From a virus (lineage: Duplodnaviria > Caudoviricetes), in IMG/VR virus record IMGVR_UViG_2595698902_000001, positions 160,001 through 224,000 of that record: DNA of 64,000 bases; one strand, written 5' to 3'. The notes beneath the pieces were generated by a model, which worked only from the letters and a program-made list of their open reading frames with translations, ran no database searches and was not told the origin of the DNA. A program made the position numbers and the translations under genes. Of this stretch, positions 48,726 to 57,265 are shown piece after piece; the first letter of the stretch is position 1, and each line of letters starts with the position of its first letter.

Positions 48726-49529
48726 GTGAAGACGATAATTGCATGTTTGTTTTTGTGTATAAGCTCGGTGCAGGCCGCGCCCCCGCCAGTCAAGGAAACC
48801 ACGCCTACCAAACTGACGATTCAGTCACAAACAATCACAGACCTTTACGGGTTCAATTTCCTGTACGCTTTAAACGCCGACAAAGCCATATTGCTTAACC
48901 GTGGGCCGCGCCAGCAAGACGTTTTCCACACGGTTACGCAATATGCAACCACACACAACTATGTCATAACTGATTTCACGGTTATTGGGCAGTTTCAAAA
49001 GCTTGAAGGCCAACATTATCCAGTCCTTACGCAATTCGACATTCCTGAATTCCTAAAGAAGGGCGATCCAGTCTATATCCTCCAAGGAAAGACAAAATTG
49101 GAAGATGAAAGATCAAAGCTTTTTTCTAATTTGAATCCAAAGCCTCAAGTTTTCCCAATCCGCACTATGCACGACCTGTCCAAAACCTTAGTCGCGCTAA
49201 AGAAACAGCCGCCCGGATTCCTGATTCTGGACGTGTTCGGCGTGACTGATGAATGGGGCGACAAGCGTTCATATTTGGCGATTGAGGAAACTGTTTTAAG
49301 CCACCGCCTGCCTCATGTCGAAGTGGGCGTTTGCTACCGAGGATTCAAAACAGCATTAGCTTTAGGTCCGACCTATTCGCATGAAGATGCGGCGCTTATC
49401 ACACAACATAAAAATTCATCCAGCATCTGCGCAAACCTAGATCGCTTGCGTGCGTTAGGTAGACTGGACCTGTATATTCAGTCTGCTGGGAAATTCTATC
49501 GTGTCAAGGATAAACCAAACCCGCATTAG
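48726..49529 (+). CDS. Secreted/periplasmic protein
   Basis: Sec-type signal MKTIIACLFLCISSVQA; GTG start. Confidence 0.7.
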   Translation: MKTIIACLFLCISSVQAAPPPVKETTPTKLTIQSQTITDLYGFNFLYALNADKAILLNRGPRQQDVFHTVTQYATTHNYVITDFTVIGQFQKLEGQHYPVLTQFDIPEFLKKGDPVYILQGKTKLEDERSKLFSNLNPKPQVFPIRTMHDLSKTLVALKKQPPGFLILDVFGVTDEWGDKRSYLAIEETVLSHRLPHVEVGVCYRGFKTALALGPTYSHEDAALITQHKNSSSICANLDRLRALGRLDLYIQSAGKFYRVKDKPNPH

Positions 49530-49785
49530 CAAATGGATTGTATTGGCGCTGATTGGGGTGATGTTCTACATTTTCATCCTCAGTCTGCAAAGAGAAAAAG
49601 AAGAAGAGGTTGTAAACGAAATACATGCTTGCGTCACGTCCGTGTGTTATGAGCTAGAAGGGGCCGGGCTAGCTTGCAGTATCCAAAAACCAAGAATAAC
49701 TAAAATAACAATAAGTAGATTTGAAGGCGCAGTGACATATAGATTCACACCAACCACAGATAGGTGCGCCGATGGGAGCGATTGA
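49501..49785 (+). CDS. Small single-TM membrane protein
   Basis: KWIVLALIGVMFYIFILSL; four Cys in the C-terminal part. Confidence 0.6.
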   Translation: MSRINQTRISKWIVLALIGVMFYIFILSLQREKEEEVVNEIHACVTSVCYELEGAGLACSIQKPRITKITISRFEGAVTYRFTPTTDRCADGSD

Positions 49786-50278
49786 CGTTCTTTACTCCAG
49801 TCCAATCCCTGTTGCCTTGGCTATGGGTTTCAATGTAATTCTGCTCGCAGTGTTTTACTTTTACGTTTTTCCTTTGCAGGAAGAGGTAAAAGCGTTGCGA
49901 CTCCGCTCTGCCGACTTTGACGCAAAATATATGGACTCCGTTACCACCATTTCGGAGTCCGTCGAAGTGATCGAACAAATGAGCGGTAAGCTCAGTGAGA
50001 TTCACGTCTTTCTAAAAACGCCTAGCGCCGACGTGGCCGCTTTAGCTTCGGTCTGCACCAGCATCCTCGCGGTCGTACAGGATATCCGTTCCAGCGCAAG
50101 CCACGGCGATCCTAGAAAACATGCAGAATTGTTGTCGTTAATCGAAGCACTGGGACGTAACTCCGAACGGATTCTGCGTACTGTTTCTGATGTAAGCGAT
50201 AAACAAAGTCAGGTAACTGGCATCATGTTAGGCATGGGTATGCAGCGCCATTCGGGGGACGGCCCGCGTGGCGTCTGA
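49772..50278 (+). CDS. Single-TM coiled-coil protein
   Basis: VALAMGFNVILLAVFYFYVF followed by heptad-like helices. Confidence 0.7.
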   Translation: MGAIDVLYSSPIPVALAMGFNVILLAVFYFYVFPLQEEVKALRLRSADFDAKYMDSVTTISESVEVIEQMSGKLSEIHVFLKTPSADVAALASVCTSILAVVQDIRSSASHGDPRKHAELLSLIEALGRNSERILRTVSDVSDKQSQVTGIMLGMGMQRHSGDGPRGV

Positions 50279-50293
50279 CCTTCGAGGCTTCCA

Positions 50294-51079
50294 ATGGTAA
50301 CATTCACTCCGAACAACATTCGTTATAGATCGGTTGCAGCGTGTGCCCTAGAACATTTCTATGGGGCGAAGTCGTACATGCTTAACGTGGTTATAAACGA
50401 ACAAAACCAGTTCAGCGAAACAGCAAAGGAAACTTTGCTTTTGCTGTTCAATTCGTACTGCAAGTGGGCGCAGGAAGTCGAATCTCTTTTCCTAAACAGG
50501 CCGACACTAACTGACAAGGAAGTCGGTGCCTGCATAGAACTCGCAAACGAGATTCAGAGCGATCACTTGCAAATCTTCGCTGAAAATCCGCAAATCTTTG
50601 AACCTCGGTTTATAGAAATTTGGTGGCAGGCGAATACGGGCACTAGGCAAGCTTTCCGCTCAGCGGTTAAGGGCACCGAAGGCCAGTCCCATCTGGAAGC
50701 CTACCCGCTAATCATTTCGGCACTTAGTTCTGCGTTGCAAATGTGCATGTACGAGCTGTACGAAATTGATTGTTTACTGGGTTCTGATTTGGTCGCCGAC
50801 CAATGCAGTACCAACCGCACTAATAGAAATCGAATGATTCTCTATGTAAACAATTACGCAATAGAATGCTATAAAGCCACGGGCGTTTTCATGTGCGCGG
50901 AACGCCTAAAGATTTACCGGCGTTATACGTGCAGCCGAATCCCGGTTTTGATAAAAAACCATTCGTCGAGTAATTTAACGTATAACGGAATTATCGAAGG
51001 GGACGAGCCACTCGCGTCCTTAATCCGTCAATGTGTAGGTGAAAACATCGACATTGTTGACATTGAAACACCAATGTAA
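50294..51079 (+). CDS. Hypothetical protein
   Basis: RBS GAGG; 261-aa helical ORF. Confidence 0.7.
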   Translation: MVTFTPNNIRYRSVAACALEHFYGAKSYMLNVVINEQNQFSETAKETLLLLFNSYCKWAQEVESLFLNRPTLTDKEVGACIELANEIQSDHLQIFAENPQIFEPRFIEIWWQANTGTRQAFRSAVKGTEGQSHLEAYPLIISALSSALQMCMYELYEIDCLLGSDLVADQCSTNRTNRNRMILYVNNYAIECYKATGVFMCAERLKIYRRYTCSRIPVLIKNHSSSNLTYNGIIEGDEPLASLIRQCVGENIDIVDIETPM

Positions 51080-51093
51080 AGAGGAAATAAAGC

Positions 51094-52086
51094 ATGGCAA
51101 ATATTAACGGTGATTTGCAGGTCGTAGGTAAACACCTTGATCTGAAACTGGAAGCGCTGGGCGTTGACCCCGGCTCTCCCGTAGCTGGCCGCGTCTGGTT
51201 CGACACCGTAACTGGCAACATTAAGTTCGGTAATGGTACTGTCGCAAAAGCGGTTGGTGAAGTTACCAACGCCCAGCTGACTGCCGCTACCGCTGGTTTC
51301 GTAACTGAATCGGCAATGGATAGCGCAATTGAAAACGCGCTGGCCGGTCTGGATTTCCAAGCTGACGTTCTCGGCAAGGAAACCGATTTCGTCGATGCTG
51401 CTGGTCGTTACATTTACGTCGATGGCACCACCTTCGCAACCGGCGTTGCTGCCGCTGCTGGTGATATCGTCGAAGTCGATGCTGCTGGTGTAATTCTGTC
51501 GGTTGCTTACGACGTTTCTGTCGCCGGTCCGGGCGCCCTTTCGTGGAACCGCACCGATTCCAAATGGTATCGTTGGGACGGCGCCACTTGGGATGTTTTC
51601 GGTGGCCTGTCGGGTAATACCGCTGGTAACGGTTTGCAGGATACCGCTGGCACTTTCAGCGTTAAACCTGCGGACGCTACCATTGTTGTCGATGCTTCTG
51701 GTGTAAAAGTTGGTGATTTGTCGGGCACTTATGTGACCCCGGCTGCACAAACTGCCGCACTGGCCGACTACGACACCAGCACCGAAGTAGATGGTAAAAT
51801 CAGCACCGCCGTTTCTGGTCTGGCTACTGCCGCATCGGTTACTGCTGTTTCTGATCGTCTGGTAGGTTCGTGGTACACCGTTACCACTTCCGCACCAAAC
51901 ACCACTCACACCGTAACTCACAACATCGGCAACCGTTATCCGGTTGTTCAAGTTGTGGACAAAGCAACCAATAAACCGGTTGTTCCAGACTCCATCGAGT
52001 TCACTACCGATAACGAATTCGTGATTACTTTCGCGAGCGCTATCGACGTGATTGTTTCGGTGGTCGGTCTGAAACCAGCTGCCTAA
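51094..52086 (+). CDS. Abundant virion fibre/decoration-like protein
   Basis: DPGSPVAGRVWFDT and TVTHNIGNRYPVVQV; very strong codon bias; own terminator. Confidence 0.75.
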   Translation: MANINGDLQVVGKHLDLKLEALGVDPGSPVAGRVWFDTVTGNIKFGNGTVAKAVGEVTNAQLTAATAGFVTESAMDSAIENALAGLDFQADVLGKETDFVDAAGRYIYVDGTTFATGVAAAAGDIVEVDAAGVILSVAYDVSVAGPGALSWNRTDSKWYRWDGATWDVFGGLSGNTAGNGLQDTAGTFSVKPADATIVVDASGVKVGDLSGTYVTPAAQTAALADYDTSTEVDGKISTAVSGLATAASVTAVSDRLVGSWYTVTTSAPNTTHTVTHNIGNRYPVVQVVDKATNKPVVPDSIEFTTDNEFVITFASAIDVIVSVVGLKPAA

Positions 52087-52099
52087 TCTAGGCATTGAG

Positions 52100-52128
52100 A
52101 AAGGGGCCTAGCGCCCCTTTTTCTTTTT
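52100..52128 (+). terminator. Rho-independent terminator
   Basis: AAAGGGGC-CTAGC-GCCCCTTTTTCTTTTT. Confidence 0.85.
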
Positions 52129-52143
52129 CGGGGGAAAATAAAG

Positions 52144-52317
52144 ATGATGGTTTTGATTGATACTCAGCCGATTAAAAACAAGGTCGTGCTGGCGCGGATG
52201 AAACGGCTGAATCGCCGCAAGATGCTCAATCGTCAAGATACCGTGGACGACGAAGGCGAGAAGGTGGGTTCGGACCGTGGCGGAAAAGAAGCGACTTTCA
52301 CTAAGCGGAGTATGTGA
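52144..52317 (+). CDS. Small basic hypothetical protein (57 aa, below the ORF-track cutoff)
   Basis: MMVLIDTQPIKNKVVLARMKRLNRRKMLNRQ...KRSM*; RBS GGGGG; fills the gap exactly. Confidence 0.55.
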   Translation: MMVLIDTQPIKNKVVLARMKRLNRRKMLNRQDTVDDEGEKVGSDRGGKEATFTKRSM

Positions 52318-52319
52318 CC

Positions 52320-52586
52320 ATGTGGGGATGGTTGAAGACTAGAGCAAACTGGAAATACGTTGTAGGATCACTGATCTTCTTTGTGAGTTTGTTCGCCATT
52401 GTTTTTCAGCGCAAAGAAACGCCAGAACCGGATAACTACAAAGGCGATGCGCTAGAATCTCAGGTGAACGTGGCGCCAATCGAAAAAGCGCACAAGGAAA
52501 TCTCGGACGTACTCAAGCCAGTACCTAGCACCAAATCAAACGAAATTGATGACGCCATAAGGACGTGGAAGAATCTAGGAGGCTAA
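52320..52586 (+). CDS. Single-TM protein, possible i-spanin
   Basis: N-terminal TM YVVGSLIFFVSLFAIVF followed by a soluble helical part; lysis-like context. Confidence 0.5.
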   Translation: MWGWLKTRANWKYVVGSLIFFVSLFAIVFQRKETPEPDNYKGDALESQVNVAPIEKAHKEISDVLKPVPSTKSNEIDDAIRTWKNLGG

Positions 52587-52590
52587 AAAT

Positions 52591-53088
52591 ATGGAATTCA
52601 TTATAACCAGCATTGAGAAGGCAATCGAAGTGCCTCTCGATGAAGCATTCGGTTATTTCTTTATCACCCTATGCGGTGTACTTGTTAGCTGGATTTACAA
52701 GTGCCGACGCGAAGGGATCAAACTGTCGTCGTACTGGCTGGAAAACGTGTGGAGTTCGCTGGGCGTTTTCAGCGCGGCACTCGCTGCGTTTCTGGTGACG
52801 ATTATCACAGAACCGGGCGTGGGAAAAATAACGTATCTTGCAATCGGTTTGGCTGCGGATTCCATGCTGAATAAACCGCCGCTGCCAATTGCCGTGCGTG
52901 ACGCCCTGACGAAAATTCAGGCGGTACAAAATGAGAACGCTAATCCTACTGGCACTGTTGTTCCTCCCGGCGTGCTCAAGCCAGATGCCACAAACGCCGC
53001 AATCGAACATGCAATTGAAAAAGTTGGACGAACTTACGTTGCAGGCGTCCCTACCGGCGCGGCCCAGTCCGATAGCGATCCAAAATAA
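52591..53088 (+). CDS. Multi-TM protein, possible holin
   Basis: Two to three hydrophobic segments; next to a lipoprotein and an M15-like gene. Confidence 0.5.
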   Translation: MEFIITSIEKAIEVPLDEAFGYFFITLCGVLVSWIYKCRREGIKLSSYWLENVWSSLGVFSAALAAFLVTIITEPGVGKITYLAIGLAADSMLNKPPLPIAVRDALTKIQAVQNENANPTGTVVPPGVLKPDATNAAIEHAIEKVGRTYVAGVPTGAAQSDSDPK

Positions 53089-53377
53089 CGGCGTTTCGTA
53101 TGCTGGTTTTACTGTGTCCCAGTTAGACCAGCTTACCGACTACGCCAAGCAGGCAGAAGCAAATACCAAAGCTTTGAATTTGCTGGCGGATGCGCACAAC
53201 AGCACAATCCGGCAGTACAATTTAATGGTGGATATTGCGAAGCAGCAGGAAGCACGGGCGAACGAAAACTATAGTCGCTACGTGCAGGAATTTGAAGCGC
53301 ACCAGAGTGACAAGCACTGGTGGGCAATTGAGAAAGTTTTCTGGCAGGCGCTAGCCATTATCGGCCTAGCGTTATAA
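52931..53377 (+). CDS. Lipoprotein with coiled coil and hydrophobic C-terminus, spanin-like
   Basis: MRTLILLALLFLPAC lipobox; ends VFWQALAIIGLAL. Confidence 0.65.
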   Translation: MRTLILLALLFLPACSSQMPQTPQSNMQLKKLDELTLQASLPARPSPIAIQNNGVSYAGFTVSQLDQLTDYAKQAEANTKALNLLADAHNSTIRQYNLMVDIAKQQEARANENYSRYVQEFEAHQSDKHWWAIEKVFWQALAIIGLAL

Positions 53378-53402
53378 GGCGGGATTTGCGAGGGGAATAG
53401 TT

Positions 53403-53849
53403 GTGAAAATCAGTGAACACTACACCGACCTAGACGTTAGCTTTGACTTGCTGGCGCTCAAATCAAAGATCGACAACACGCCATCGCGTGCGGTCCTGAT
53501 CAATGCGGAAGTTTTGGCCGCAAACATTCTGGAACCGCTGCGCGACGAAGGATTTGATTTCAGGATTGCCAGCTGGTACAGAAGCAATGCGCTGGAACGC
53601 GAATATTGCAAACTGAGTTTCCACAACTGGACCCGTGAACAGGGGTTGCCATTTAACGAATCCAGCTGGGCGCAATACCTGCGAGACAAACAGCACATTC
53701 ACGGTTACGCCGTGGCGATTGTATCCAACGATTCACAACAGATTTTCGAGTGGCTGCAAAACCACACGTTCGACCTGTTGCAGCTGCGCAACGGATATAT
53801 CTACGTCTCGTATGTAGATGGTAAAAACCGTAAGATGGTACTGAAATAA
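53403..53849 (+). CDS. Peptidase M15A-like (endolysin-fold) protein, apparently degenerate
   Basis: KISEHYT...IDNTP...ILEPLR...SWYRS...QH..GYAV; two expected Zn ligands are substituted. Confidence 0.75.
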   Translation: MKISEHYTDLDVSFDLLALKSKIDNTPSRAVLINAEVLAANILEPLRDEGFDFRIASWYRSNALEREYCKLSFHNWTREQGLPFNESSWAQYLRDKQHIHGYAVAIVSNDSQQIFEWLQNHTFDLLQLRNGYIYVSYVDGKNRKMVLK

Positions 53850-53887
53850 AAAAGCCCCCGTTTCCTTCGTGGATTCGGGGGCTTTTT
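53848..53887. terminator. Bidirectional Rho-independent terminator at a convergent junction
   Basis: A6-GCCCCCG-15 nt-CGGGGGC-T5. Confidence 0.9.
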
Positions 53888-53892
53888 CGTTT

Positions 53893-54339
53893 CTAGCCTA
53901 CAGCAATTTCGTCTTCAAAGCCTTGCTCAAGCGCACCCAAGAAAATCTTGGGCGTGTGGGCTGTAGGTTCGCGCAATTTCTCAAGCAGCTTCACAATGTC
54001 ATCGCTGGGTTTATTCCAACGGAAATCTACGGTTTCGCGGTCGATGCGTACCACGTCCACCGTGATAGCAACTGCAACAAACTCGGAAAGTTTGCGTTTG
54101 CTGTGCAGCATGAATTTTTGTACGTCGTTTAAGACGATTGGAACAAACAGCATGTTAGTAGGGTTGCCGCCGTGTTCCAGAATCCCGTTGCGCACGTCGA
54201 GGAACTGGTGCGTGCCCCCGAGCACTAGCACACGTCCGCTCTTTGTGGAATGCGCGATCATGGACAGTAATGCAAAGGTTTTACCGGAGCGTTGGGCACC
54301 GATAAACATGCAGGTTCTTTTTGGTACTTTGACTTCCAT
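53893..54339 (-). CDS. Small P-loop-containing protein
   Basis: MFIGAQRSGKT. Confidence 0.6.
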   Translation of the reverse strand: MEVKVPKRTCMFIGAQRSGKTFALLSMIAHSTKSGRVLVLGGTHQFLDVRNGILEHGGNPTNMLFVPIVLNDVQKFMLHSKRKLSEFVAVAITVDVVRIDRETVDFRWNKPSDDIVKLLEKLREPTAHTPKIFLGALEQGFEDEIAVG

Positions 54340-54367
54340 AAAACGATCCTCTTATTTGGGATTTTGT

Positions 54368-54934
54368 TTAGATTTGCCACTTGGAGCGCAGCAGCTCAAA
54401 CAGTTTTTCAACCGTGAGTTCTGTAGCGCCCATAATCGCGTCGAGATTGTCGCGATTCATGTTCGGCTGCGTGCAAAGATTTCGGAACGCAATCAGGTCT
54501 TCATGCTTCAACATCAGCAGGAAATTGGCGTCGGCTTTTGCATCTTTTTCGTCGTGGACTTCGGCAGCGAGGAACTGCACACGCGGCGACTTTTCAGAGG
54601 ACGCGACGACCGGGCGACGAATTGCTTTCAGCAGAGATTTATACAAACGATCCATGCCGCCCGCGATCATATCCTGTACGCTCAGGTACGCATACGACGG
54701 GAAGAAATCTACAGGACCGACAGAATCGATTTTGTGAATTTGCGAGCCGATAAACAGGTTTGGCGTATCGTGGAAAACCGGGATATCGCCAACATGAATT
54801 CGCGCAGCCGGATCACCGTCACAGGCGTGGACGTAGAAGGGCACACCGTCTTTTGTGTACGACGGGAACAGTGCGAGATTTCCGTCTTCTTTCAGGATGC
54901 GATTCAGCTGGGCAGCGGAAACAATAAACGACAT
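54368..54934 (-). CDS. Hypothetical protein
   Basis: Abuts the upstream gene; operon context. Confidence 0.65.
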   Translation of the reverse strand: MSFIVSAAQLNRILKEDGNLALFPSYTKDGVPFYVHACDGDPAARIHVGDIPVFHDTPNLFIGSQIHKIDSVGPVDFFPSYAYLSVQDMIAGGMDRLYKSLLKAIRRPVVASSEKSPRVQFLAAEVHDEKDAKADANFLLMLKHEDLIAFRNLCTQPNMNRDNLDAIMGATELTVEKLFELLRSKWQI

Positions 54935-55618
54935 TTATTCGCCCTCTTCTCGGTTGTAGGTTGGGAGCGCAGCAGCCGTGCGGTACTTGGCTTTTTCGCC
55001 CATGATGAAATTGTAGAATGCTCGGCTAGGCGGAACGCCCAAGCGAATGTATTCCAGATAACCGGCAGGCCAAGACCAGCCGTTGAATTCGTATTCGCCA
55101 CAGCCACGATTTACGTTGGTGAGTCGGCAGAAACTCATACCGCGATACAGCACCTGCTCCAAAACTTCTTCGATTTCGACCAGATGGTTGATGAAATCTT
55201 GGCGGTCAAATTCTGGAATATCCATGACGACCGGCCACGGATAAAGCGAAACTTCTTTTTCGTAGTGCGTGCGGAAACTGGAACGGCCACTTTGGATAGG
55301 CGCGGGCAGCTCTTCTTTGTTGCGCCAGTAGCCTTCGATACGCTTGGGGAATCTCGACGTAGCATTCAGCGCTTCAAACTGCCGCTTCTGCGCGCTGTAC
55401 GTTGCGTGCTTCAAAGCCTCGATACCCATGTCGGTCGGCTCTACCAGTTTCACAAAACGATATTCGCTTTGTGGATATTCGCCGTCCAAAGAATATTCGT
55501 GCTCGTTACCGGTATAGCAGTAGGTGCGGTCGTCATATAGGCGCACAATAGCGGGCTTATCTACCGGTGTCAGCAGCCAGTAATAACCGGGTTCCTTCAC
55601 TTCATACCATTGCAGCAT
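54935..55618 (-). CDS. Hypothetical protein (EPGYYW N-module; C-terminal YRGMSFCRL...EYEFNGWSWP domain)
   Basis: Shares its N-terminal module with the adjacent gene at 55602-55859. Confidence 0.7.
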   Translation of the reverse strand: MLQWYEVKEPGYYWLLTPVDKPAIVRLYDDRTYCYTGNEHEYSLDGEYPQSEYRFVKLVEPTDMGIEALKHATYSAQKRQFEALNATSRFPKRIEGYWRNKEELPAPIQSGRSSFRTHYEKEVSLYPWPVVMDIPEFDRQDFINHLVEIEEVLEQVLYRGMSFCRLTNVNRGCGEYEFNGWSWPAGYLEYIRLGVPPSRAFYNFIMGEKAKYRTAAALPTYNREEGE

Positions 55619-55859
55619 TTTTCGCTTCCTTTTCTGCGACCAGCTTGGCCATTTCTGCTTTCGGGAAATCGATCTTTACGTAGTATTTGAAATCGTCCTG
55701 CTCGGTCAGCTCTTCGCCGCGTTCATCGGACGGCGTGAACATTCGCCCCTCCCACAGCTCGGCAACTACAGCAGTAAGAAATTCAGGATCGTTTTTCTGA
55801 AAAATCCAGTAGTAGCCCGGCTCTTCCAGATTTACTTCGTGCCATTCCAACAGTTTCAT
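55602..55859 (-). CDS. Small hypothetical protein (EPGYYW module)
   Basis: Start MKLLEW is ATGA-coupled to the DUF4326 gene. Confidence 0.65.
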   Translation of the reverse strand: MKLLEWHEVNLEEPGYYWIFQKNDPEFLTAVVAELWEGRMFTPSDERGEELTEQDDFKYYVKIDFPKAEMAKLVAEKEAKNAAMV

Positions 55860-56185
55860 GATGCACCCATGATTAATTTGCGGATGGTTTGACCGTGGCA
55901 GCGCTTTGGGTAGCAGTGACAAAGCAGACGTAGTTTTGCGCCTGCTAAATATTGCTGCCGCAAAGCAAGAATCCTGCGGCGATACTTACTTTTCGGTTTC
56001 CTCATGCGAGAAAACGCCCAAGCTTCGTATCGGTCGCAGGATTCTTTTCGGCTGCCTGTCAGGCTTATGGGAAATTTGTTCCCGAATATGGTCTTTCTAT
56101 CAATGCGCACATCTACAAAACCAGCTAGCGGTGCGTCACTAACTTTCCCTATCCGTATTTCCCCATTTCCAAACAGGCCCGCCAA
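55856..56185 (-). CDS. DUF4326-family protein
   Basis: VRIDRKTIFGNKF...LLCHCYPKRCHG. Confidence 0.8.
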   Translation of the reverse strand: MAGLFGNGEIRIGKVSDAPLAGFVDVRIDRKTIFGNKFPISLTGSRKESCDRYEAWAFSRMRKPKSKYRRRILALRQQYLAGAKLRLLCHCYPKRCHGQTIRKLIMGAS

Positions 56186-57220
56186 TTACAGCGATTTGAA
56201 CGGAGTGAAGCTGTACGAATCCGGGCCTTCCTTACGGAAAACACCAGAGGTCAGCAGCAGGCCGGTGCCTTTGCGCCACAGCAGCCAAGGCTTGTCGGCC
56301 TCGACAGCTTTGGTCACTTGCTCAGCTTTCAGAATATCGTTTACATCCTCGGTAGTAACGAATTCGCCGTTACGCCAGAATTTGTAACCGTCTTCCATAA
56401 CGCGCAGCAACAGAATTTCCGCGCAATCCGCCAGAACGAAATCGACCAACGGAACGTCGTGGTGATACGACGGGCGCTGTACGAGATTGTGGCGGAACAT
56501 GTGCATCGGAATTGCTGCGAGTCGTTGCTGAACTTTGGTGCAGGCACCGATATGCCAAACCTTGGCAATCTTTGCAGTTTTTTCCAGCATACGCAGGTAA
56601 TTAGCCGCATGTTGGAAATCAGTCATCAGGATTTCATCTTGACGACTGCCCACGCCGGATTTGTAACGGATGCTGTACGCTTGCTTACTCGGCACAACGG
56701 TAATGGTGATAACGCCACCAGTACCGCTAGCTTTGTAGGTTTGAATCTTGCGCAGCTCCCGCTCGGTCAGCTCCACGCCTTTCGGTGCGCGAGTTTTAAT
56801 CGAGTCAGAGAATCCAACTGGCGAACCAATATACTCAGCTGCCATTTGCATGAATTCTTTGAGGCCGAAGTAGCACTCACGATCCCGCTTAGAAGCAGCG
56901 AGAATTTTCTCCTTCATTTCCTCGACTTTCGACAGTTGCATGTTTTCTTTTTCTGGATGGGAGAACATCAGTTCACCGTCCGAGTACAGATGCACGCTGA
57001 ACTTGAATTGAGCATCGTTGTAGGCGTCGTACATATCGTACATTACACCAACAAATTTGCGACCTTCGTGTTCACCATCGAACGGCAGGATTTTGCCGTC
57101 TACGCTGTAAGCCGTGTTACGGGCAGGCAGCGCGAAATCAAGAATGCTGTCCAGTTCGGTTCGCAGGGCGATAGTTTCTGCGGCCAGCACAGGAGTTTCA
57201 GCAGTCATAGTCGAAGTCAT
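56186..57220 (-). CDS. Hypothetical protein
   Basis: 344-aa ORF with RBS AGGGA and good codon bias. Confidence 0.75.
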   Translation of the reverse strand: MTSTMTAETPVLAAETIALRTELDSILDFALPARNTAYSVDGKILPFDGEHEGRKFVGVMYDMYDAYNDAQFKFSVHLYSDGELMFSHPEKENMQLSKVEEMKEKILAASKRDRECYFGLKEFMQMAAEYIGSPVGFSDSIKTRAPKGVELTERELRKIQTYKASGTGGVITITVVPSKQAYSIRYKSGVGSRQDEILMTDFQHAANYLRMLEKTAKIAKVWHIGACTKVQQRLAAIPMHMFRHNLVQRPSYHHDVPLVDFVLADCAEILLLRVMEDGYKFWRNGEFVTTEDVNDILKAEQVTKAVEADKPWLLWRKGTGLLLTSGVFRKEGPDSYSFTPFKSL

Positions 57221-57265
57221 GATTTTTCCCTTTGGTATTTTGGGTTAACTGGGATTGGATTATCC

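Noticed and set aside
15846-52095. Long minus-strand ORFs (e.g. 15846-17087, 18019-19311, 34534-35814, 41580-43244, 51028-52095)
   Set aside because: They are mirror-frame shadows of codon-biased structural genes.
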